From assembly GCF_009834535.1 (NCBI RefSeq), contig NC_045711.1, positions 6,014,001-6,078,000 on the forward strand: a stretch of DNA of 64,000 nucleotides, in the 5' to 3' direction. The notes below the pieces were generated by a model that saw only the letters and a program-made list of their open reading frames with translations, did not search any database and was not told where the DNA came from. The translations under genes and the position numbers were made by a program. Positions within the stretch are counted from its first letter, which is position 1, and the number at the start of each line of letters is the position of its first letter. The stretch is from Camelus ferus. Lineage: Eukaryota. Below, piece after piece: positions 25,401 to 35,899 of this stretch.

Positions 25401-26221
25401 TCTCCTCTCCCCTCCCAATGCCCCAAGGCCACGTGCCCTGCACCCCAGTCTGTCTCCCTTCCACTCCCAGGCTGGGGCAGGCCTGGGGCGAGGAGCTCAA
25501 TGGGGTGCACAGTACCAGTGACATTGAAGGATCTGGACTCCTGGAGTTGCAGCTTCTCCTCCAGCAGCCCCAAGGCCACGTGCATATAATCAGCAGCCCT
25601 CACAGCTGTCCTGGTGGCCGCTACTGGCTGTTTGAAGTAGGACAGAAGGTCCATGGGGCTGGCCAAGCCACTGCGAAGGCGCTGCTTGATGCTGCCCAGA
25701 AGAGGAGGAGTGAGGGCCAGGAGAAGAAGCAGACCCACCCAGCAGGGCCCCCACCGTGGGCAGTGGGCAGTCAGCACAGGGGAAATAGACAGAAGGCTGG
25801 ACGGAAGGGAGGCTCTGCACTGACACGGCACTGCCCCAAGGTGCCCAGGGCCAGCTGATGGGTGAGAAGCCCTTGGCTGGAGTCCACCCCCCATCAGTGA
25901 CCCTCCCAGGCCCACGCAGGCCCCAGACCCAAGCCCAGGCCCACCTCCTCTCAGTCTGATTGTAGGCAGAATCCACCAGCAACTTGGCCTTTGTTATGCA
26001 GCTCTGAAGGACTGAGGTGTCCACCGCCCCAGAGAAGGCTGTTCAGGGGGAAGGGGACTCAGGCTCCAGGGCAGCCACAGGTCCCTCAGACCCAAGTCCT
26101 CCCCGCTCCATTGCCCCTCTCCTTGGCCGTCTGAGGGGCTACTACCTGGGGCTGTGCCCTCACAGGGCTGGGCCAGGATGAGTGTGGCTAGGACCCCCGC
26201 CAGGGCCGGGAGCAGCTTCAT
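16211..26221 (-). CDS. EPX: Eosinophil peroxidase precursor, 12 coding exons, 715 aa
   Basis: Exons (minus) 26221-26146, 26038-25945, 25691-25516, 25327-25210, 25118-24989, 24127-23921, 22773-22455, 20904-20744, 20392-20137, 19711-19541, 17305-17068, 16412-16211. All introns are GT-AG and the exons sum to 2148 nt. Motifs: signal peptide [17 protein letters not shown], distal [12 protein letters not shown], heme-linking [11 protein letters not shown] (E-T, not the MPO E-M), proximal AFRFGHT, and C-terminus NLSAWRGT*. Confidence 0.97.
16480..16660 (+). mobile_element. MIR (EPX intron 11)
   Basis: catcttatagaggaagagtcaggttcagcggtcaagtaaattgccc..ggatttgaaccc. Confidence 0.6.
16890..16985 (-). 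mobile_element. L1 3' end fragment with (AT)n
   Basis: gttgaagcatagttgatctacagtgttctgttagtttctggtgtacagc then (AT)n. Confidence 0.65.
17068..17305 (-). CDS. EPX: EPX exon 11
   Basis: [24 protein letters not shown]...[39 protein letters not shown] |gtaagt. Confidence 0.96.
17720..18160. mobile_element. L1MB/ME 3' fragment (+) interrupted by an antisense L1 3' fragment (17846-17993)
   Basis: Host ends ctcaataaagctgttaaaaa; inner element flanked by a 12-bp TSD gggaagtgcctg (17834-17845) / ggggagtgcctg (17994-18005). Confidence 0.7.
19541..19711 (-). CDS. EPX: EPX exon 10
   Basis: [57 protein letters not shown] |gtgagg. Confidence 0.96.
20137..20392 (-). CDS. EPX: EPX exon 9 (proximal His)
   Basis: [13 protein letters not shown]...[19 protein letters not shown]...FASWRIVHE |gtgcct. 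Confidence 0.95.
20744..20904 (-). CDS. EPX: EPX exon 8
   Basis: [54 protein letters not shown] |gtaggg. Confidence 0.96.
22455..22773 (-). CDS. EPX: EPX exon 7
   Basis: [24 protein letters not shown]...[17 protein letters not shown]...ARIPCFLA |gtctga. Confidence 0.96.
23921..24127 (-). CDS. EPX: EPX exon 6 (distal His)
   Basis: [69 protein letters not shown] |gtaccc. Confidence 0.96.
24405..24620. repeat. Degenerate (GATA/GGAT)n low-complexity tract in EPX intron 5
   Basis: Repeated gatag/gatgg units. Confidence 0.6.
24989..25118 (-). CDS. EPX: EPX exon 5
   Basis: gtcgcag|; encodes [32 protein letters not shown]...; donor |gtgagt. Confidence 0.94.
25210..25327 (-). CDS. EPX: EPX exon 4
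   Basis: [39 protein letters not shown] |gtgggt. Confidence 0.95.
25516..25691 (-). CDS. EPX: EPX exon 3
   Basis: [58 protein letters not shown] |gtact. Confidence 0.95.
25945..26038 (-). CDS. EPX: EPX exon 2
   Basis: aacag| [30 protein letters not shown] |gtggg. Confidence 0.94.
26146..26221 (-). CDS. EPX: EPX exon 1 (signal peptide)
   Basis: [25 protein letters not shown] |gtagt. Confidence 0.94.
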
Positions 26222-26350
26222 CTCTGCAATGAGACCCCAGCCGCAGTGGGGTAAGCGATCACCAGGTGGGGGTCCCCTGCTTCCTTCCCGTGGCCTCTGA
26301 GCTGACCTCTCACTTCCTCCTGCTCTTCTCTGGAAGGAGCTGGGAAGGGA

Positions 26351-26358
26351 CTTTTATA
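26351..26358 (-). promoter_or_regulatory. EPX TATA box
   Basis: TATAAAAG on minus, 130 nt upstream of the EPX ATG. Confidence 0.7.
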
Positions 26359-29300
26359 GCCTGTTCTGAGGGAGGGAGAGGAGCCCTGGGCGTCAGAAGC
26401 CCAGCCTCTTGAGGTGGGGCTCTGGGACTTCCCTCTCATTTTCGGGGGAGTCATGGGACTGAAACACATACCCCCTCCACCAGCGTGGGGATGTTCTTCC
26501 CCCTCACCTGCTCACTCCTCTTTGCTGTCAGGTTCACTGATGTATTTATCCCAGGGCCCAGAGCAGCACCTGGAACACAGAGGGTCATTCAATGAATCTT
26601 AGCTGGATGACTGAGGAGTCATGTGAGCCTCTGAAGACTGTGCCTGATCCTGCCACTAACTAGTTGTATATGGTCTTGGGCAAGTCACTTCCCCTCTCCG
26701 GGCCTCAGTTTTCACATCCCTAAAATGGGGCTTGGACTAGATGATTGGCAAGGCTCCTCTCCTCCCCAACAGGGCAGAAGCTGGGGCTGCCTTCTTGTTG
26801 TACCTCCCATACCCCCAGAATAAGGCCTGGGACTCAGCAGGTGCTCAAAAAATTGGTTAAGGGAATGAATGATGTAGGATCAATGATTGATTGGGTCTCT
26901 CTCCCTTTCTCTCTGTCCTCTTGGCTCTCTCCAAGATGCAGGTGAAGGGGAGGTGATGGCAGAGGGAGGGCCTGGCAGTGAAAATCAAGGGGGTACCTCA
27001 TAGGCCATTTGGGGGGTACAGTGAGATGTCACGGGGGAGCACCCAGCAGAGTGGTGGCAGCAGGCCTCCATCCAAGCCGAGGGCCTGTCGGGCTTCATGC
27101 TTCTCTGTGTGATTCTTCAATGCGTGTCAGTAGCACAACGCAAGTGGTGGGTGTAAATTCTCATGTGCTCTGGGCTTGGTCACCAGTAGCTCCCTTGGTC
27201 AGCAGGGGAGGCTACGGCAGTGGGTTCAGCCCACCTGGGCTTGGACTTGGCTCTGCCCCTGCCTGCACTGCCTTGGCTCATCTCTGTTTCCACATCTGAA
27301 GGGTAGCATGCCCCAAGCCGGTCCTCCCCCCGGGGCCCAGGCCTTCACACCCCTGGCCTTTCCTCCTGGTCTCCTCCCCTGGGTGAGCCCTGCTCATCCT
27401 TTGCCCCAACCCCATCCTGCTCTGCTTGGAGGGCCCTCACTCATGTCTCCGCACTCAGCCCCAGAGTCGCCCCGCTGCGCCCTGTGGTCCTCACCCCTTC
27501 TTCAGGTGGACATGTCCATCCCTTCCCCAATGCAGTCCCCGTACTTGCTGAGTGTCTTTGTCTCCCGCCCTCTGTCCCCCATGCCCGACCAAACCCAGTC
27601 CCAACGCCCTCCGCAGCCTCCTCCCACACCTGCGCCACTGTCCGGCGGTTGCTCTTGTAACAGCCCCTTCAGCAATCCCTTTCACAAGCTCCAGCTGAGG
27701 GCCTGCCGATCTTATCTCCCTATCTCCAGCAGGGGCCCCTCTCCTGTGCCCAGATGGGGATGGACAGTCACCGCGCAGTCGCCGAAAGCCCACTGAGTTC
27801 CTTGCTGCTGACCCCCTGCATGGCCTGGGGAGATCACACCACTCCCTGGATCTGTTTCCAGGCCAGTGAGATGGGGACAGTGGCCTCATGAGGAGAGAGG
27901 TTGTAACAGTTGTAGGGCACTCCTCAAATGTGCTGGCCTCCCCTGCCCTCAGGAAGCCAGACGCCCCCAAAGGTTGGACGGTGGGGTAAGCCAGGGTGGG
28001 GTGTATGTAACCCAGGTCACTCTCCTTCCAGGGTCCCCCAAGAGAGGACTTAGACTGAGCCCTGCTCTCCCCCCAGTTCTTTGGCAGTAGTGAGGTGTGC
28101 CAGGGTTTTGCCACAGCTGTGGGACAATCTCGAGATAGAACCTGGGCTCTAGACCCAGCCCTGCAAAGTTGACTGATCTCTTAAGGAAGCGGGGGTTGGT
28201 TCATTGACTGCTCAAGGTGGTGATGAGAGGAAAGCAGAAAGGAAGTGGCCGCCATGGGGCCCTGCACAACCAGTCTATGGAGGGCAGGTTCCCAGGGCTG
28301 CAGGGCTGGGCGGGCAGGCAAGGATCAGGCAAGGGAGAAGCTGGGTCTGCCGCCTGGCTCTCCTGCCTGCCCGCGGGACCCTGCCCCTACACCCCAACCA
28401 CCTCGACCCTCCACAGACAACGTATCCTCCCCCTTGTCTGCTCCAAGGCCTCCGCTGATGATGCAAGAAGGCTCCCTCGGGAGCCACAGCACTCAGCACC
28501 CAGGAGCTTGTTGAGAGCAATCTAGAGGGGTGACTGAGAGCTGGCCTGGGTCCCAGTCCCAGTGCCGTCATCCGTCTGGGCAAGCTTCTCAACCTCGGAG
28601 CCTGCTTCCTCACCATTGAATGGAGGTCCTTGCTCTGTTTACTTCACAGAGCATTTATGGGAGTAAATGTGAAACGCTACCAGGGCCTGGCACACAGCAG
28701 GCACTGGACGGTGTTCGTGTGACAAGCTTTGATTGTTGCTTCTTTTACTGAGCTGACTCCAGCAATCACCATCAGGTTGATGGTCAGCTTTGCAGAGCAT
28801 CCAGCCTTGGGTGCCTGGGAGGAAGGAGGGCAGGAAGATAGGGGGAGGCCTCCAGGGTCAGGGTTGTTTAGACCCTGGTCTCCGAGCGCTGTCAAGGTGG
28901 AGTGGGCATGCCTTCGCCTGTGCCGAGGCTGTCGGAAACTGAGTGGGGCGACAGTGATGGAGAGAGAAGCCCTCTTGGGACCCTCCAGTTTGGGCACCTG
29001 CCCCATCTCTGGCTGTGACCATCACTGGGGGACAGGACTGGATACATGTGGCCCTCACTGGGTGAGGTGAGCAGTTGACAGCTGCTTTTTCTCTGTACTC
29101 AGGGTCAACCACACCCAGAGACCAGAAGAGGGGTGCGGGCAAGGGCTTTTCCATCACACCCACTGAGACCTCGCTGGAGAGACTGTCCTAAGCTTTGCCC
29201 AGCAGTGACCTGGAGTGTCTGATATGGGAGTAGATTCGTTTCCGATACCTGATCCTCTACAGAACAAAATTATTTCCAGGAATACTCATTAAATGATACA

Positions 29301-29559
29301 AGTAATAATAATGGCTAGGAAGGAAATGCGCGGAAGTTCTCTTTTATTAAATTTGGACTCAATCATGCCAGTAAAGAAATAAAAATAAAATACTACAACA
29401 TAAAAAGGAAAAGAGTAGTGGAGTAGTGGATTAATCCTTTTTAACTACATGAATGTGTTTTAAATAAAAGGAAAAAACTACATATTGGTGAGTTTTAATA
29501 TAATATCATTACAGTTTCTGTTTTCTTGATTCTTTTTCTTTGTTTGATTTTGTTATTAC

Positions 29560-29687
29560 TTTTTTTTTTGGTAGGGGGAGATCATTAGATTTACTTACTT
29601 ATTTATTCTTAGAGGAGGTACTGGGGATTGAACCCAGGACCTCATGCGTGCTAAGCATGTGCTCTACCACTGAGCTATACCCTCCCC
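29560..29687 (-). mobile_element. vic-1-type camelid tRNA-derived SINE
   Basis: GGGGAGGGTATAGCTCAGTGGTAGAGCACATGCTTAGCACGCATGAGGTCCTGGGTTCAATCCCCAGTACCTCC plus A tail. Confidence 0.88.
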
Positions 29688-29702
29688 TGTTTGCTTGTTT
29701 TT

Positions 29703-29792
29703 AATGGGAACACTTCATGAATTTGCGTGTCATCTTTGACCATGGGCAATGCTAATCTTCTCTGTATTGCTCCCAATTTTGTAAGCAAGCAT
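29703..29792 (-). pseudogene. U6 snRNA processed pseudogene
   Basis: Reverse complement follows U6 (ATGCTTGCTT..TACAAAATTGGGAGCAATACAGAGAAGATTAGCATTGCCCATGGTCAAAGATGACACGCAAATTCATGAAGTGTTCCC), with an internal deletion of about 13 nt near the 5' end and an A-rich tail. Confidence 0.88.
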
Positions 29793-29974
29793 TTGATTCA
29801 TTTTTTTTTTAGTGTTAAAATAAACAAACATTTTGAAAGAATAAATCTGTGTTAAAGATATTCGAATTCACTAAAATATTTATGTAGTAATTAAATTTTG
29901 CACTTTAAAAATAGTGCATTTCACCATTTGCACTGTTTCACTGTTTTAAACCTTGAACACAAAGTATAATTCCA

Positions 29975-30017
29975 GGGGGGCTGGGGTGTAGCTCAGTGGT
30001 GGAGCGCCTCTGGGTCC
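29975..30017 (+). mobile_element. Truncated tRNA-derived SINE head
   Basis: GGGGGGCTGGGGTGTAGCTCAGTGGTGGAGCGC; A box only, no B box or tail. Confidence 0.5.
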
Positions 30018-30664
30018 TTGTACATGTTCCCTTTGCCTGACTAACTTTACTCATCTTCACAACCCAGCTGAGACCTCACTTCCTCCAGGAAGCCTTCCTT
30101 CATTCCTTTCCGGTTCACCTCTCAACGTGATTTGTGTTCTGTCCACAGAGCACCCTGTGCTGACACTTCTCTCCGCACACACTGGGCTGTGCTGAAGGCA
30201 TGCTGTCACTCAGTCCACCTCCTGGACTGGCCACAGAGCCCTTTGGGGGCCCCAGGCCCGATCTTGTTTGCAGCTGTGGACCCAGCACTGTGGGCCTGGC
30301 CGGTGCTCGGGAACGTTTGTGGAACATGAATGAACCGTGCCGTGTTCTGGCTTAACTCCCTGAATCCACACACCATCTTTCACCCTGGACAGGAGGACGT
30401 GTCTTTCCCCCCACCACATGAGATTTCCTCTTCTTTCTCCAGGTGACAATTTGGAGCTCCCAGGGTCTTGACCCCGAAAGTCCACACAGGTGAAGCGGGG
30501 CACGGATTGGGAGCCCCCATGATGGTGACCTGGAGCCTTCGTGTGGGCACTAGGTGGGACCTGTGACTATCCTGGTGCCAGGCCGAGGGCGGGAGCCGGA
30601 GCTGCGAGTGATACAGGCAAAAGAATGTGGGGTGAGAGGATGGCCATGTCCCAGGTCTCAGTTG

Positions 30665-31290
30665 AGTCCCTGGGACGTACCCCACCAAGTGTGGGTCCTT
30701 AGCTTCATGCAGGAAAGATTTCAAGAGCGAGCCACAGTTGAGTGCAAGTGGATTTATTCTGGGGAGAGGGTAGAGCTCAGTGGCAGAGCACATGCCTAGC
30801 ATGCACTGGGTCCTGGGTTCAATTCCCATTCCCTCCATTAAGAAAATAAGTAAATAAATCTAATTACCTCCCCCTCCAAGATTAAAAATAAATTAAAAAA
30901 TTTAAAAAGAAAGTAGATTTATTCTGAGAGATGCATAATCCACAGACAGAGTGCAGGCCATGTCGGAAGGTGAGGGAGCCAGAGGCAGCGATGTACGCTG
31001 TTGCTAGATTTTATGGGCTCAGTGACTTCATTTGCTAACAAGTGGATTATTCCAACTACTTTGGGGAAGGGGGTGGGATTCCCAGGAATTGGGCCACTGC
31101 CCACCCTTTGACCTTTTATGGTCAGCCTTAAAACTGTCCTGGCACCTGTGACAGTACCATTTAGCACGCAATTGTGTTTCAATGAGCGAATATTGAAGCT
31201 CAAGGTTTATTGGGAGTTGAATCGTTCACCATCTTGGTGCTAACTGCTGTGTCTTTATTTTAGTGGCTGTGCCCTGCCCCCTTCCCTTCC
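30665..31290 (-). mobile_element. ERV1-type LTR (degenerate, split by a SINE)
   Basis: Characteristic text ggtccttagcttcatgcaggaaagatttcaagagcgagccacag...gctaacaagtggattattcc...ccatcttgg; ends approximate. Confidence 0.6.
30761..30910 (+). mobile_element. vic-1-type SINE nested in an LTR
   Basis: A and B boxes; 15-bp TSD aagtggatttattct (30746-30760) / aagtagatttattct (30911-30925). Confidence 0.88.
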
Positions 31291-31624
31291 CTTCCCTCCT
31301 GTCTCAGTCAGAGTGGGTGCTGGTGGAGGGATGTGAGAATCGACAGCCCTCTGAGCGTGGCAGCCAGGGGCTGGGACGTCAGAGTGGGATGGCCCAGGTG
31401 CCTGGGAAGGTCAGTTCCCTGCGAGGCCCGTGTGAGCTGTTCCCTGTGGATGTGGAGTCCAGAACCCGCTGCTGCGGATGAGCCAGGCTCCCTCCAGGCT
31501 GGGGGCCTGGCTGGACCTCAGAGGCTGGGGAGTCCTGCAGGGAAGCACTTCCTCTGAAAGGGAAGTGGAGGAAATAAGGGTCCAAGGCGGATGCCACACA
31601 GGACTCATCAAAAGTGCCAGGATA

Positions 31625-31910
31625 CCAGGTGGGGGAAGAGGGTGGGAAGGGATAAACTGGGAGTTAGAAATTTGCAGGTACTATTATTTATAAAATAGAT
31701 AAACAACAAGTTTCTTCTGTTTAGCACAGGGAACTATATTCAATATTTTACAGTAACCTATAACGACAAAGAATATGAAATACATGAGATATAGATATGT
31801 ATTTGTAAGACTGAAAACCAGTGTAATGATGTAATGCTGTACACCAGAAATTGACACAGCATTGTATACTGACTATACTTCAATTTTAAAAATAATAAAA
31901 TTTTTAAAAA
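31625..31910 (+). mobile_element. L1 3'UTR fragment (same family as 1960-2190)
   Basis: gggataaactgggagtt..agcacagggaactatattcaatatt..ctgtacaccagaaattgacacagcattgtatactgactatacttcaa plus A-rich tail. Confidence 0.85.
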
Positions 31911-33131
31911 TTGTGACAGGAGGTGAGGCCACTTGGATATTCCGGAGTCCGGGGAGAGGGGCCAGAGGAAGGGCTGGGAACATCCTTGGGGACTGGGGCC
32001 CTGACCAGTCAGCTCCTCACCTGCTCTCCCTCCGTCCCTCCCTGGTGACCATGGGAGTATGAGGCCCTGGGGGACTTGGCCCCGCTGGCCCCACAGCATG
32101 CCGTCCCCTCCGGGACTCATCTTGGCCCTCCCTGCAGCTTCTCCTAAGGACAGGAGTCCCTGGCTCCTGCCACTTCCTCTCTCCAGAGCCCTGCCTCCTC
32201 TCTCTATTCCTCTGCCCTCTAAGCCCACTGGCTTTTGGCTCCTGAGACAGGCCTCCTGCCACCTGCTGCGGGTCTCAACCACAAAGGCCCTTCTTTCTTT
32301 GTGCCTGGTGACTTCTGCTGACCCTCCGGGCCTCATCCACAGGGAGCCTTTCCTGCCCCAGCCCCACTGGTCATGACTTGGGTGGCCGGGTCTTCCTGTT
32401 CCTCACTCGTATGGCTCTTTCCACAGAGCTTCGCGTCATTGTAATTATCCGTGTATTTCTGTGGTTGAGTCTGATTAGGCTCCAGCACCTCGCGGGCCTG
32501 TGAGAGCCACCCAGAGAAGACGGGTGCCTGTTCTGTTGCTCACTGGAGCCCCAGCACCTAACCCACCACCTGGCAGGACCTTCATACTTCTTTGCGGAAC
32601 AGGAGCATCTGTGACCTTGCCAGTCACAGCTATCAGGTCAGGGAGTGGATTTGTGTCTGTACATCTATTAGGAACTGGTCCCTCCAGTCAAGGGCGTTGC
32701 TGTCCCCGGGCCAGGCCAGCCCTGGGTTAGGGGATGCTGTTGCAGGCCTGGCCCTGCCAAGCTGAGGCCCAGACCCTGGCATCTTTCAACTATCATACCC
32801 AAGAACCTTCCTTCCTGCCCTCCCCTGGCCATCTTGCAACCTCAAGATTCTGCAACCATTTCATAAGAACCGTCCACCAGCCATGGTGGAGCTGCTGGCC
32901 ACAGACCTGATTGGATCTCTTTATCTGCCCAGCTCCAACGGCCCCCGTGGAGACAGCAGCGGTGGAGCAGGGCTCAGGGCCTGGGGAAGCGGGGGTGGGC
33001 TGCTCCTGTTCCCAGGAGTTCCTAGAAATTGGGTACTTGGCTCTAATCTCATAACTGAGGTCTATAAGCGGAAGGAGCTTGGCTCAAGGTGCGGGGGCTG
33101 CACCCTGTGCGAGAGGCCGCGGCAGGCCAGG

Positions 33132-33190
33132 AGTGTGTGCACATGTGTGTGGGTGTGTGTACGTGTGTGTGAGTGTGTGTACGTGTGCGC
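33132..33190. repeat. Degenerate (GT)n tract
   Basis: gagtgtgtgcacatgtgtgtgggtgtgtgtacgtgtgtgtgagtgtgtgtacgtgtgcgc. Confidence 0.8.
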
Positions 33191-35899
33191 TCCAGAGCTG
33201 AGGACTCTCTTGAGAGAGGCAGCTCTGAGTGTTCTGATTTTAGCCAATCCAGGAAGAACTCACAGTGGGCCCTTGGTGAGCTGGCCTGGAGGCCCAGCGC
33301 CTCTGTGGCTGCTTGACCTCTCTCATCTGATTGGCTAGTAAAATCAACAAAGGGCAGGAATGTTCTGGAGGCACTTGAGAGGTGTGCGGTTCCAGCCTGA
33401 AGGCCAGCAACCCATCCTTCCCCTCCGTCCTGTCCCACTTGTCAGGTAATGGAGGCCTGGAGGTTCCAGTAAGAGGGTTGTGCTGGCTGTAGAGGGAGTG
33501 GGGGGCAGGATCACCACCCTAGAATTTGCCGCCACACTCCGTGCTTTACTAGACCTGCCTGAGTCCTTGCAACACCCCGTGAGGCAGGTCCTGCCCCCTG
33601 GAACCTCAGTTGTGTTGCTGGGGTTCAGGGAACATAATGCGGCTCAGCCAGGAAGGGATCTCAACCTGGGCCTGACTCTGAAATCTGCTTCCTTCTCCCC
33701 CAGGCTCCCAAGGGCATGGGTGTGACCTGGACAGAGAGATGCCTCCGCACAGAGGCTGGGAAGGTGCCTCAGGCCTGAGAAAGCCACCCCATGGGTGGAA
33801 CTGGAGGAGAGGCTGAAGGGCCACCTCGGCTGCTCCGATTGTCCCCCCAGACCCCCAGAGTGGCAGCCAGTCTGGAGCAGGGGGTGCAGAAGGAGCACAA
33901 AAGAGGGCAGGGGCAGGGTCCCAGAGCCTGAGAGGGACGGCTGCACCCTCCCTCAGCCCCCTCAGCCCACACAGTCTCTCACCAGTAAGGGCCCGCATCC
34001 ATTTTTGCCTCCTGGCTTCCCAGTACTTCTAGAAAGAACAAATGCCCGAGGCCTCTAAGAATTTAGATACCCCATTAATGCAATAGCCTCTTGCCTGGGG
34101 CCCTGACAACATAGAAGATTCAAAACTGCAAACGATGTGTAAGTTTTTCGGTGATGCGTGTGGGGGTCAGTGGTCCCAGCCCCTTGGCAGTGCTGAAGGT
34201 GGCTGGAGCCAGCATCCAGTGTCAGGGGCAGAAAATCCACTAGCCTGGGCCCTTTGTGCTAAGTGAGGGCTGCTCTCTCTCCACTCGTCCTGTCCTACCG
34301 CCCAGTGCATATTCTGAGATGGTTGTGGCAAGGAGCAGTCAGTTTTGTTGTTGTTTTTAAATTCTACAGAGTTTAGACAAGGAAACCCTCATGGCCTGTA
34401 TAGGCACCCTCTGCCCTGTCCTGGGTCTTCCCCTGTGCCCATGAGGTGCAGGAGACAGGGCTGTAGGTGGAGGTGCAGGCAGGCATCTTTGTCCTTGGGT
34501 GCCCAGGCTGCCTCCTTTCCTATTTTCAGCTCTCTCTCCATCCAGATCCCTCAGAAATTGCTGATGGCTCCTATTGGGTCAACCACTGCTGCAGCCACGT
34601 GTGTCTCCTAGGAATGCCCTCCTGTCCTTTCTTTCCTTGGTTCAGCCAAAATGAAGTCAGGAACTTTCCCCAAGAACCTCGGGGTAAAGAGAGCAAAGGA
34701 GAACAGAAGAATGAATTGTAGACACTCAAGAAATACTTATTTAATGAATGAATAAAACCATGAATATCTAGACAGAATTCATGACAAGTTTCTTGGACGG
34801 TGCCATTTAAGAGGTGCGTTGCTTGCTCCTTTCACAGCAGATACGTTTGGGGTGTGGAGAGTCTGTTCACCTACATGTATCTTCTCTGGGGACAATCCTC
34901 ACCCACAGTCCTTGTTAAAGGAGTGGACCTGGATGGCCAAACTTATGGCCCAGGACCTGCACATCCCTCAGCTATGTGGGATATGGGGTCCAACCTCAGC
35001 CAGTCAGATTATTCTCATGGGGTTTTGGGATTGGAATCCTGAGAGACTGAGTGAGCTGGCTGTGGAAGGCAGAATGAAAAGGTTAGGTTGGTCTGGGGGC
35101 TAAGGCTCCCATTAGGGCCATGTACATGGCGACTGCATAAGCAGGAAATGATGAATGGAGGGAGGGAGGAGGAGGGACCAGCTGTGTTGTCCTAACAGTT
35201 TCTTATTTCCATAATATTCAACTTCACCTCATTTCAGGGAGAGCTTTACTTCCTAAAAATAAACACCATCTTTTTATTGAAATGTGTGGGGTTCACAACC
35301 CTTACAACTCTAATCATAACCTATTTCTTCTTTTCAACTCTGCCTAACAACCTGACCCCAAAGCCCCAGTTTGATAGTGGAGGAAAGATACGATGGGTGT
35401 GTGGCATGGAGGTCCTGGCAGAGAGGAAGCAAGGCGCCACAGTGAATTGGGGGGAAAAGGCCCAGATGGCTGTGAGGAAGACTAAACTAGAAGAAATTAA
35501 TGTCGGGAGGGAGAGAGGGAAAGAGAAATGGGAACAGAGGTACAGACAGACGTATAGACAGACGTACATAGTTAACAAACCATTACAGGGCACTTTCTAT
35601 GGATGTTAGAACCCAAATGCATATTGCAAATACGAATAAATGAATGAGCAAATGAATGGGTCTTTTTTTGCAAGAAGTGTTGAGCCTGCAAATGGCGGTG
35701 GGTAGGAGGGATAGCAGTAAGTGGTAAGAGTCTTGAAGACGTGGCCCTGAATTTATGTCAATTTCCAGTCTTGGTTTTACCCTTGATAACATGCTCCCAA
35801 TTTAAGGCTAAGTCTCAAGGTTCTGCCTTCTCTATCCCTCTGGACAAAGAACAAAAGAGTTATTGGGAAAGGATGTCAAAATAGAAGGAGGTCAAAATT

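Noticed and set aside
27176-28114. Overlapping ORFs of about 206 aa on both strands upstream of EPX; also checked for a decayed peroxidase paralog
   Set aside because: GC-rich low-complexity translations with no recognisable family motifs. The short GLLKGLLQEQ resemblance to EPX exon 3 does not extend.
29703-29792. Functional U6 snRNA gene
   Set aside because: Internal deletion, several substitutions, an A-rich tail and no recognisable PSE/TATA upstream.
29975-30017. Possible tRNA gene
   Set aside because: Only an A box and the 5' arm are present; no B box, T arm or acceptor-stem complement. It is a SINE-head fragment.
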